Shown: positions 1 through 6,755 of the stretch, one piece after another
Layout of the letters: every line of letters begins with the position of its first letter
How positions within the stretch are numbered: the stretch's first letter is position 1
IMG/VR virus record: IMGVR_UViG_3300025018_000093
Length of the DNA stretch: 64,000 nt
DNA from: a virus
Taxonomy: Duplodnaviria > Caudoviricetes
Direction: 5' to 3' (one strand)
Made by a program: the position numbers and the translations under genes
Notes under the pieces: model-generated
The model's database searches: none
The model's input: the letters and a program-made list of their open reading frames with translations, nothing else
What the model was told of the DNA's origin: nothing

Positions 1-2
1 CC

Positions 3-1463
3 GCTGACATCTTGGCCATCGGTACGGGTCTCCTCATCACGTCGGGCTCTGGGGCAGTGGGTGAGGCTGGTATTGCTGGGTTCTACGTTCTGTCGTCTGA
101 CCCTGCAGATGGCTCGGGTACGGCTAACACCTCGGTGTTCAACTCAGGTACGGGTCAAGATGGCGTGGTGGGCCAGACGTATCGTGACGACGTCACGGGT
201 CTGACTTTCACGATCTTGGAGCGTGAGGGTGGGTTCTCCTATCCTGCGGGTGAGTCTTTCACCTTCCGGGTCGGACGAACGTTCACCACGAATGCCAACA
301 TCCCGACCAAGGCCATTGGCGGCGTGGAGATGCTCGTCACCAACACTGCTGGTGTGGGTGAAGGGGACACGGCAACAGTTGCCACCTATGAGCGTGGGGG
401 AAGCGAGCCCGCCGTGGGTGATCTCTACAACGTCACTTACGCCTACCGGAAGCAGGACTTCTCGACGCAGCTCTACACTCGGCTCAACTCCATCGAGACG
501 AACTATGGGTCTCGCAATCCGAACAACCCTGTCAGTTTGGCTTCCTACCTGCTGCTCATCAACGGTGGTGTGGTCGTGGCCATCAAGCAGGTTGCGAAGG
601 ACGAGGGCAGTGAGTTTGCTTCTGTCTCGAAGTATGTGACCGCACTGGACGAGCTGATCAAGCCTTTGTCCGGAGGTCTCCGCCCGGATGTTCTGGTTCC
701 CCTGGAGGGAAGTTCTCTGGAGTACTTCCGTCTCCTGGGTATCCACTGCGACATCCAGTCCAGCATCCGTTACCGGCAAGAGCGGACTGCAATACTGGGT
801 CTGACTCCTTCCGTCACCCCGACACGGGCTGGGTCTATCGCGCAGTCCTTGACCAACGCTCGCTTGCGCATGGTCTACCCTGACAGTGCTCTGCTGTCTT
901 TGACCAACGAACTCAACCAGACAGAGCAGTACCTGGTGGAAGGCTTCTACTTGGCGGCTGCTTTGGCGGGATCGGTGACAAGTCCCAACCTTGACGTGGC
1001 CACTCCGTGGACCAATCGCGTGCTCTTTGGGTTTGATGGTCTGGGCCGCATCCTCGACATCGTGGAGATGAACGAGGTTGCGGTGCAGGGTGTCACCGTC
1101 ATCGAGGAGAAGTCCCCGAACCTCAAGGTTCGGCACGGCTTGACCACGAATGTCTCGAACGTCCTGACAAGGACTCCGACCATTCAGTTGATCGCAGACG
1201 AAGTGCAGCAGCGTTCTCGCGCCGTCCTTGACCGTTTCATCGGCGTGAAGTACCTCCCCGGAATTCTCACCGAGATCGAGGGTACGCTCGCTGCGATGCT
1301 CAGTGATCTGGTGCGGCAGCAGATCCTGGCAGCCTTCACAGGCGTTCGCGCCAACGTGACGGCGGATCCCACGATGGCTGAGGTAGAAGCCTTCTACCAG
1401 CCCATTTTTCCACTTTTATATTTGATTTTGACATTCAACCTGCGCTCGCAGCTCGATGCATAG
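3..1463 (+). CDS. Contractile tail sheath protein, 5'-truncated by the window edge
   Basis: The frame is open from base 3, so the TTG at 12 is probably not the true start. The C-terminal half has sheath-type motifs (YMVYPD-like 'RMVYPDSA', 'GFYLAAALAG', 'VRHGLTT', 'IADEVQQRSRAVLDRFIG', 'VEAFYQPIFPLLYLILTFNLR'). It heads a tube/TMP/baseplate cluster. Confidence 0.85.
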   Translation, partial: ADILAIGTGLLITSGSGAVGEAGIAGFYVLSSDPADGSGTANTSVFNSGTGQDGVVGQTYRDDVTGLTFTILEREGGFSYPAGESFTFRVGRTFTTNANIPTKAIGGVEMLVTNTAGVGEGDTATVATYERGGSEPAVGDLYNVTYAYRKQDFSTQLYTRLNSIETNYGSRNPNNPVSLASYLLLINGGVVVAIKQVAKDEGSEFASVSKYVTALDELIKPLSGGLRPDVLVPLEGSSLEYFRLLGIHCDIQSSIRYRQERTAILGLTPSVTPTRAGSIAQSLTNARLRMVYPDSALLSLTNELNQTEQYLVEGFYLAAALAGSVTSPNLDVATPWTNRVLFGFDGLGRILDIVEMNEVAVQGVTVIEEKSPNLKVRHGLTTNVSNVLTRTPTIQLIADEVQQRSRAVLDRFIGVKYLPGILTEIEGTLAAMLSDLVRQQILAAFTGVRANVTADPTMAEVEAFYQPIFPLLYLILTFNLRSQLDA

Positions 1464-1513
1464 TGCGGGTGCGGACGGTTTGTCCGGTCGAGACAAGCCC
1501 CTAACATTAGAAC

Positions 1514-1542
1514 TTGACTCGACTAACCGAAGGTCCTAGAAT
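1514..1542 (+). promoter_or_regulatory. Sigma70-like promoter upstream of the Zn-finger gene
   Basis: TTGACT (1514-1519), 17-nt spacer, TAGAAT (1537-1542). Near-consensus, in the intergenic gap after the sheath stop. Confidence 0.65.
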
Positions 1543-1578
1543 CCCTCCTTGGAGCTTAACTCCGGGGAGGGATTTTTC
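1540..1578 (+). terminator. 15-bp hairpin with short T tail; terminator-like and covers the SD of the 1581 gene
   Basis: AATCCCTCCTTGGAG (1540-1554), loop CTTAA, CTCCGGGGAGGGATT (1560-1574). Fully paired with two G-U pairs and followed by TTTT. GGAGGG (1566-1571) lies in the 3' arm. Confidence 0.6.
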
Positions 1579-1580
1579 GT

Positions 1581-2261
1581 ATGGGCACTTCAATAACAGA
1601 AGTCGAAGCCACGTTCCACACTGATATCCCGATGAAAGCCTACGCGGCCAGTATCGGGATATCTCCGAACACCCTGCGACGCATTTGGAAAGAGGCTCAC
1701 GGAGAAGAGGCGTACCGAGAGAGGGGTCGTAAGCTCCAAGCGGAAGCTGCTTCCCGAGTGGCCAAGAGTACCGCAACGTCACGCAGCTACCGTACTGTCC
1801 TGGTACCCTGCACTAGTTGTGGAGTCGAGGTTGGATTGAGCACCCGCCAGACATCCCAGATGGATGTGGGTAACTTTCAATGCGACCCCTGCCAGGGGAA
1901 GACCACCCCGTGCCCTGTTTGCGGGGTGCTTGTGGATGGTTCACGGGGACTCAGTTCCCACCTGCGGCACTCTCGGGAGAGAGGGGATGCTCTCCACATC
2001 GCTTACCGGGGGTCTCTGGAAGACGCCAAGTGGGCTGGTAAGGTTGAAGGTGCGGACTACGTGAAGTGTCTGGAGTGTGGGTATCGTGCTTCGACGCTAG
2101 CGCGGCATTTGAAGGCGGCGCATGGCATTACAGCCAATGGGTATCGTTCTCGATATGGAGATAATTCGTTGATCCGGTGTGGCACTCTGACAGAGAAGCG
2201 GTCCCAAGCTCAGGCAGAGAGTCATACGCAGAGAGGGAGTGGCAAGGAGAGCGGAAGGTGA
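1581..2261 (+). CDS. Multi-zinc-finger DNA-binding protein (N-terminal HTH-like segment, CxxC pairs, C2H2/MucR-like finger); N-terminal part of a possibly split gene
   Basis: CTSC, CDPC and CPVC..H, plus 'YVKCLECGYRASTLARHLKAAHGITANGYRSRYG'. N-terminal 'MKAYAASIGISPNTLRRIWK' is HTH-like. It has its own promoter and SD. Confidence 0.7.
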   Translation: MGTSITEVEATFHTDIPMKAYAASIGISPNTLRRIWKEAHGEEAYRERGRKLQAEAASRVAKSTATSRSYRTVLVPCTSCGVEVGLSTRQTSQMDVGNFQCDPCQGKTTPCPVCGVLVDGSRGLSSHLRHSRERGDALHIAYRGSLEDAKWAGKVEGADYVKCLECGYRASTLARHLKAAHGITANGYRSRYGDNSLIRCGTLTEKRSQAQAESHTQRGSGKESGR

Positions 2262-2554
2262 TTCCCTGTTCTCGATGCCATTTCTTGTGCGATGTTTCCA
2301 AGTTTGTCCCCGAGGATACCTTCGTCTGCGAGGTTTGCCAGCACAAGGAGCAAGAGGCACAGTGGGCTTCCATGTTGGAGCCCGAGGACTATGTGTCCTG
2401 TCTGGTACCTGGGTGTAACTACCGCGCAGAGAGTCTAGTGTCGCACATTCAGAACACCCACCCGGGACTTGTGGGGCGCTATCTGGAAGCGTACCCCGAG
2501 GGGCATATCTGTTCTCTAGGGTGTGACCTTCGCTCGGACAGAGTTCGAGCTTGA
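2258..2554 (+). CDS. Zinc-finger protein, second part (repeats the architecture of the upstream ORF); C-terminus altered by the IS remnant
   Basis: GTG 2258 overlaps the upstream TGA (GTGA), with AAGGAG 8 nt upstream. 'WASMLEPEDYVSCLVPGCNYRAESLVSHIQNTH' aligns by eye with 'WAGKVEGADYVKCLECGYRASTLARHLKAAH'. Confidence 0.55.
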   Translation: MIPCSRCHFLCDVSKFVPEDTFVCEVCQHKEQEAQWASMLEPEDYVSCLVPGCNYRAESLVSHIQNTHPGLVGRYLEAYPEGHICSLGCDLRSDRVRA

Positions 2555-2607
2555 GAACGGTACGGTATTGCCAATACAGCCTCCTCTTGAAGAGGACCTT
2601 TCCCCTG

Positions 2608-2781
2608 ATGAGTTCCAAGCCCACTACGACCGAGCTTCTGCGCTTATCCGTAGCTTCCAAGTTACTGGGAGTGACCACGACAACACTCAGGACGTGGGAC
2701 CGAAACGGGACGTTGAAAACCATCACCACAGTGCGTAATCAGATCGTGCTTGATTGTCAGTGTTACACGACGTTCGTGTAG
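2608..2781 (+). pseudogene. tnpA: IS607 TnpA N-terminal MerR-type HTH only; serine-recombinase domain missing
   Basis: 'MSSKPTTTELLRLSVASKLLGVTTTTLRTWDRNGTLKTITTVRNQ' has the IS607 TnpA HTH pattern (A..LLGV...TLR.WD..G.(I/L)...T..NQ). It runs into unrelated sequence and a TAG at 2779-2781. Confidence 0.75.
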
Positions 2782-3045
2782 GGTCGAGCGTGGATCGACT
2801 TGGTTGGCTTGACTCCACGTAAACGCATAGCAATCCCCCTGAGTACCAACAGGATGCCGACGGGTACCCTTCGTTTGATCCTGAAAGACGGGCAAGTTGA
2901 CGTACATCACACGGTTGGTCTTTGGACACCTCACAAAGAGGTGAGATCCATCTTGCAAAAGAGAACCGAACTACGGTTGGGACTGCTCAACCAAGACTCC
3001 AGTTGTTCTCCTCAGGAGTGTCAACGGAGAGCGAAATGCTTATAA
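2737..3045 (+). pseudogene. tnpB: TnpB fragments (wedge-like segment fused to the C-terminal tail; RuvC and Zn ribbon deleted), one in-frame TAG
   Basis: The frame reads 'NQIVLDCQCYTTFV*GRAWIDLVGLTPRKRIAIPLSTNRMPTGTLRLILKDGQVDVHHTV' then 'GLWTPHKEVRSILQKRTELRLGLLNQDSSC'. From memory these resemble the 'KRIAIPL..T..PTGTLRLIL' and 'TP...V..IL..RT...QDSS' segments of IS607-type TnpBs. Not confirmed by search. Confidence 0.65.
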
Positions 3046-3070
3046 CTTTTTATAAGTTAGAGGAACCAGG
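2920..3070 (+). ncRNA. Candidate omegaRNA/reRNA scaffold of the IS607 remnant
   Basis: Position matches the known overlap of TnpB omegaRNAs with the 3' end of tnpB and the right end. Visible stems: CACCTC/GAGGTG (2927-2943), GGTTG/CAACC, ACTCC/GGAGT and TAACTT/AAGTTA (3043-3059). Not folded computationally. Confidence 0.3.
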
Positions 3071-3078
3071 GTCAAGGG

Positions 3079-5274
3079 ATGGAAGGTACCGAGAGAAAAG
3101 TTTACGTCGCAGCCACAGAAGAGCAATGGAAAGAGAGCCTTCGTGCCTGGAAGGTGTGCTTGGTGGACTTTGAAGTGTCTGGCAAGTCTCTTCTGATGTG
3201 TACCGTGCCCTTGAAGCACGGTCTGAGCTTGGTGGCTTACGATGTGAATGGGAGAGTGTTCGTAGCAGCAGTTGGAGCAGAGTACTGCTATCACAACTGG
3301 ACAGGAAAGCGGGAGGAGGTTTCTCCTTTTATCCAGGTGGAAGTCTTGGGGGAGGCGGAGCATCGCCGTGCTGTGCGGGAGGTGCCCAAGCATTACAATC
3401 GTTGGGAAGAGCTGGAGCGGGAAAGGAAAATGAAGACTGCTCCCCTCTTGGAAAGTTATGGGGATCCTTGGTATCCCCGAGGGGACTCCGATCCAAGCAA
3501 CCGTCACGTCTTTCCTTGGATTTACATCCCGTTGCGGATCTCTCTGGAAGACGGGGTGTCCGTGGAGACCACCCTTTCGTTCAAGTGGCCGACGTGCGGG
3601 AGAGTTTTGTTTCCGAAAGACAGTGTCTGGCCTTTCAATCTTGAGACTGAGTTGGATTGCTATGGTCTGCTTCTGCGCCGCACGCGAAAGGTTCAAAGTT
3701 GGAAGCAATTCAAGAGTGTCCTGCAGGAATGTGAAGTTGACAATGAGACTCTTTGGACGTGGTACTTGGGTCAGCAGCCAACTTCTGGGAAGACGTTGGC
3801 GGAGGTAGACCAGAAAGGGACAAAGGCTCTGGAGAGAGACAAGACTATCAAGCCTCATCTGGACAGACTCGCCAAAGAGGAACCTCTTCTCTTCGACTTC
3901 TACCTGTGGTTGCACGACTCCAAGACACTTGCGGGGGCGATCAACAATCGGTGTATTGCTGCGATGCTTCGAGAACATGGCAGCTCATATGAGAAGCTCA
4001 GGAGTGCGCTAAGGGAGACGATGGGTAAGGTGGAGGAATCCGGGGAGGTCCCAAATGCGTGGTCAACCCCAAGTTTGGATTCTCGCCCCATGTGCCTCCT
4101 TCTCCCTGGTGCTGTGGAGGCTGTGCAGAAGCAGGAAGCTCAGCGAAAGTGGTACCTTCAGGCGTCGAATCAGAAGCAGGCTGAGGCTCTGGGTGTGGAC
4201 CCCAAGAGACACTCTCGACTGCACAAGGCCATCCGGGAGGGTCATATTCCGATGACTCTGTTCCACGAACCGGGAGCGCAGATGACGCTAGTCAACGTGG
4301 AGTTCGATCTTTGGGAAAATTGCCTCCAGCGTCCGGGTTGGGAATCCATCCTCCTCAGCATTGCTGCGGATGCGTCCAAGCGGACCACCTACAGTCATCT
4401 GGTTACCAGCTACTTGTCCTTTCTCTTCCAGATTGAGAAGTATCTCGACCGGCACACAGAGGGGCGCAAGAAGTGGAAAGCCTACCCGAAGTTTGTCGAG
4501 AGCCAGTGGGAGTTGGAGATGGAGGAAGCCACGGAGGAGGGTACGACCAAACGAAGGTCTGCCCTCACGCCTATCGTGGATAATGAAGCACGTACTGTGC
4601 AGATCCCCTACGTCTCGATGGCGGTCTACGGTCGCCGCACCACGTACTGTTATGCAGCTCGCTATGTCCTCTTCGAGGAAGGCCACAACGACAGTTACGG
4701 GAACGGGGTGGTCATCCGTGACCTAGAAGAAAAGCTCAACGGTCGGGATGACTATGGGTTGATGTATTACACCTTCACGGGCACGGATATCAATCGTGGG
4801 TACCCCACGTTCCTCATCATCTTCGAGAGAACCACTCAGCATGGTACCCGTGTGCACTTCCACCGGGTGCACCCCAATCGCTTTAAAGATGGAGTTCCCA
4901 CCCCCACCTGTCATCTCATTCCAGAGTGCTATCGCTACATGGCGGGGAACATCCGGGCGGAGGAGATATACGCTCAGCAGGGTGACTTGCTGTTTATCTC
5001 TCGCGAAGAGCCCAAGGGACCTGAGGATGCAAAGGGTGTCTTGGAATTCGAGAGCCATGCTTTCGTCCCCAAGATTGGAACCCAGGTTGTTTTGGTTGAG
5101 AACCAGGCCAAGTCCATCAAGAATCGATTGGGTCACATTTTCTCCCCCGAGGACTTCACTCTCGAACACCCAGAGCACGAGACTGTTTCCTTGCCGGCAG
5201 GGTGGTATGAAGTCCGTCGTTGTCGATCCTGGGAAGCGAACCCAACTGCGGTTTGGTCTCTCATGATCGACTAG
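3079..5274 (+). CDS. Hypothetical 731-aa protein with a C-terminal 'QGD...HPEH...LPAGWYEVRR' beta-domain
   Basis: Long clean ORF. The C-terminal ~100 aa match a widespread uncharacterised domain pattern (xQGDxLF...LxHxEHxxVxLPxGxYEVRR). The rest is unrecognised. Confidence 0.8.
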   Translation: MEGTERKVYVAATEEQWKESLRAWKVCLVDFEVSGKSLLMCTVPLKHGLSLVAYDVNGRVFVAAVGAEYCYHNWTGKREEVSPFIQVEVLGEAEHRRAVREVPKHYNRWEELERERKMKTAPLLESYGDPWYPRGDSDPSNRHVFPWIYIPLRISLEDGVSVETTLSFKWPTCGRVLFPKDSVWPFNLETELDCYGLLLRRTRKVQSWKQFKSVLQECEVDNETLWTWYLGQQPTSGKTLAEVDQKGTKALERDKTIKPHLDRLAKEEPLLFDFYLWLHDSKTLAGAINNRCIAAMLREHGSSYEKLRSALRETMGKVEESGEVPNAWSTPSLDSRPMCLLLPGAVEAVQKQEAQRKWYLQASNQKQAEALGVDPKRHSRLHKAIREGHIPMTLFHEPGAQMTLVNVEFDLWENCLQRPGWESILLSIAADASKRTTYSHLVTSYLSFLFQIEKYLDRHTEGRKKWKAYPKFVESQWELEMEEATEEGTTKRRSALTPIVDNEARTVQIPYVSMAVYGRRTTYCYAARYVLFEEGHNDSYGNGVVIRDLEEKLNGRDDYGLMYYTFTGTDINRGYPTFLIIFERTTQHGTRVHFHRVHPNRFKDGVPTPTCHLIPECYRYMAGNIRAEEIYAQQGDLLFISREEPKGPEDAKGVLEFESHAFVPKIGTQVVLVENQAKSIKNRLGHIFSPEDFTLEHPEHETVSLPAGWYEVRRCRSWEANPTAVWSLMID

Positions 5275-5276
5275 GC

Positions 5277-5305
5277 TTGACTTCCCTTCTATACCACTAT
5301 ACCCT
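5277..5305 (+). promoter_or_regulatory. Possible sigma70-like promoter upstream of the RHH gene
   Basis: TTGACT (5277-5282), 17 nt, TACCCT (5300-5305). The -10 is weak. It overlaps the TCCCTTCTATA motif. Confidence 0.4.
5283..5293 (+). promoter_or_regulatory. Recurrent intergenic motif, copy 1 (TCCCTTCTATA)
   Basis: Same core at 7314, 39151 and 62879, each in an intergenic gap. Confidence 0.4.
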
Positions 5306-5350
5306 TAGCTTCCAGTGGTATGTGCCACGGTATGGAATAGGGAGGTGGAG

Positions 5351-5659
5351 GTGGGAAAGAAACGAAAGAAGGACAAGATCACACTGTCTCTCCGCAATGC
5401 TTCTGTGTTGCGGAAGGTCGCTGCGTTCTCCGAGCAGACGTGCAGTGACCTTGTGGACGAGGCTTTAGATGATTGGTTCCAACGGCAAGCCGATGCGGCA
5501 TTGGACGAAACCTCTGAAGAGGAGGTGCAGGAGATGGTCACTGCTGCGCGCATTGCCAACACAATGGGCGCTCGTCGCAAGGTTGCGATTCAGGGCAACA
5601 GTGCTGTCCAGGATGCTCTGAAAGCTTCTAGGACCGCTTCACAAGACACGGAGGAGTGA
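5351..5659 (+). CDS. Ribbon-helix-helix (CopG/MetJ-Arc-like) DNA-binding protein
   Basis: 'KDKITLSLRNASVLRKVAAFSEQTCSDLVDEALDDWF' fits the RHH strand-helix-turn-helix pattern. GTG 5351 has GGAGG 5 nt upstream; the track start at 5315 is an alternative. Confidence 0.6.
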   Translation: MGKKRKKDKITLSLRNASVLRKVAAFSEQTCSDLVDEALDDWFQRQADAALDETSEEEVQEMVTAARIANTMGARRKVAIQGNSAVQDALKASRTASQDTEE

Positions 5660-5902
5660 ATGTCGAGCAAACTTCCGAATGACATCCTGGAGCCGGACAG
5701 AAGGCGTGTTGTGTACGCGCGCAGCATGTTGGAGCTGGCGTACTCCGCTCCCAGGATTGAGCGGTGGAACAATTCTGTCCCCAAGCAGAGTTCCTTTTTC
5801 ACGCCTATGCGGGATCTTCTGGAACCGGATGCGGGGTATAGTGTGGTCGTGGGGAAGGTGAATGAAACTAGAACCCGGAGGATACTATGTTCCAGAACGT
5901 GA
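5660..5902 (+). CDS. Hypothetical protein (80 aa)
   Basis: ATG immediately after the upstream TGA, with a GGAGGAG SD. Its stop overlaps the next ATG at 5902. Confidence 0.55.
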   Translation: MSSKLPNDILEPDRRRVVYARSMLELAYSAPRIERWNNSVPKQSSFFTPMRDLLEPDAGYSVVVGKVNETRTRRILCSRT

Positions 5903-6681
5903 TGAATAGGATGCAGTCCGCGCAAGAGCGGGTGCTAAAGGGGATGCAGTCCGCGCAAGAGCGGGTTCAACGAGCACATCGTTTTCTTTGGCTTGACCTC
6001 CCCGTCCAGACCACGCAGGGAATCCTGAAGGCAGTGTTTTTGGTGCAGAGGGGGGTACTTGCTGTGAATGACTACGTGGTAGTCTCTCGCATGACATCCT
6101 CTCGGATAAGCCCCGAGGACCTGTCGGAAATTTGGCTTGACCCGGGGGCAAGGGATACACCCCCGGAGAATTGGGTACCTCCAGAAGTCGAGATGTACAG
6201 TGGTATCCAGGACGACCTCCCTGAGTATCAGGAATCCTCTTACGGGTACGTCCTTCCGCATCCGCGAGCGAGTTCGGGGTTGACCCAATCCGTGGTTGTG
6301 AACACACACAAGTTGATGCGCGAGAAGGCTGAGAAGTTCGGTGCAGAGAAGGCTCTGGAGTACCGACAGTCATTGGAAAAAGAACGGCAGGAGCGCTTCA
6401 AGAACCTCTCTGAGTTTCTAGCAGAAGCCTTGCAACGAAAGATCGGTCCAGAGGTTCCTCTCCGGGAGTTGCTCCTGGAGATTTGCAAGCTGAACTTGGT
6501 TGCCTGGCAGGTGGCAACTGATGGGGGATCGGATCCTCTGAGTGTGCTGCGGGAACTCTATCCCGAGGAATCTCCTTCTGAGGAGAAGGCCCCTTCTGAG
6601 GAGAAGGCCCCTTCTGAGGAGAAGGCCCCCTCAGCATCAGCACGACGAAGAAGAAAAGCACGACTAGACATACCTGGGTAG
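5887..6681 (+). CDS. Hypothetical protein with internal duplications (alternative start 5902)
   Basis: 264-aa ORF in operon context. Contains MQSAQERV x2 and (P)SEEKA(P) x3. Confidence 0.65.
   Translation: MFQNVMNRMQSAQERVLKGMQSAQERVQRAHRFLWLDLPVQTTQGILKAVFLVQRGVLAVNDYVVVSRMTSSRISPEDLSEIWLDPGARDTPPENWVPPEVEMYSGIQDDLPEYQESSYGYVLPHPRASSGLTQSVVVNTHKLMREKAEKFGAEKALEYRQSLEKERQERFKNLSEFLAEALQRKIGPEVPLRELLLEICKLNLVAWQVATDGGSDPLSVLRELYPEESPSEEKAPSEEKAPSEEKAPSASARRRRKARLDIPG
5909..5966 (+). repeat. 25-bp direct repeat x2, 33-bp period
   Basis: GGATGCAGTCCGCGCAAGAGCGGGT at 5909-5933 and 5942-5966. Confidence 0.9.
6574..6627 (+). repeat. Perfect 18-bp tandem repeat x3 (PSEEKA)
   Basis: CCTTCTGAGGAGAAGGCC at 6574, 6592 and 6610. 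Confidence 0.95.
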
Positions 6682-6755
6682 CGCAAGCTCGCCGATGGTG
6701 CAAGGGCGTTCCCTGAGCAACTCCTCTCGGTATCATGTTCCGGGAGGAGTTATGC

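Larger units (their letters stand above)
2521..3070 (+). mobile_element. Internally deleted IS607-family element remnant (non-autonomous); ends approximate
   Basis: Contains a TnpA-type MerR HTH followed by TnpB-like fragments. It has a hairpin-rich 3' part and an AT-rich palindromic end (3040-3060). AGGGT occurs at both inferred junctions (2518-2522, 3068-3072). Confidence 0.7.

Noticed and set aside
144-1136. 330-aa minus-strand ORF
   Set aside because: Antisense shadow of the sheath gene; no motif or RBS support. Long antisense ORFs are expected in GC-rich coding DNA.
2523-2738. 71-aa ORF MTFARTEFELENGTVLPIQPP... overlapping tnpA
   Set aside because: It may be an overlapping frame native to the IS left region, but it starts 2 nt from the inferred junction with no SD. 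Not called as a gene.
2779-2781. In-frame TAG as a sign of amber recoding (genetic code 15)
   Set aside because: TAG ends many well-supported genes here (sheath, hub, gp25-like, 1834-aa), directly before the next start, and the long ORFs are not fragmented in code 11.
2922-3173. 83-aa ORF crossing the IS right end
   Set aside because: A chimera of an alternative tnpB frame and flank. Only its 3' part is relevant, as the possible original tail of the Zn-finger ORF.
3040-3978. 312-aa minus-strand ORF
   Set aside because: Antisense to the 731-aa gene; no recognisable domain.
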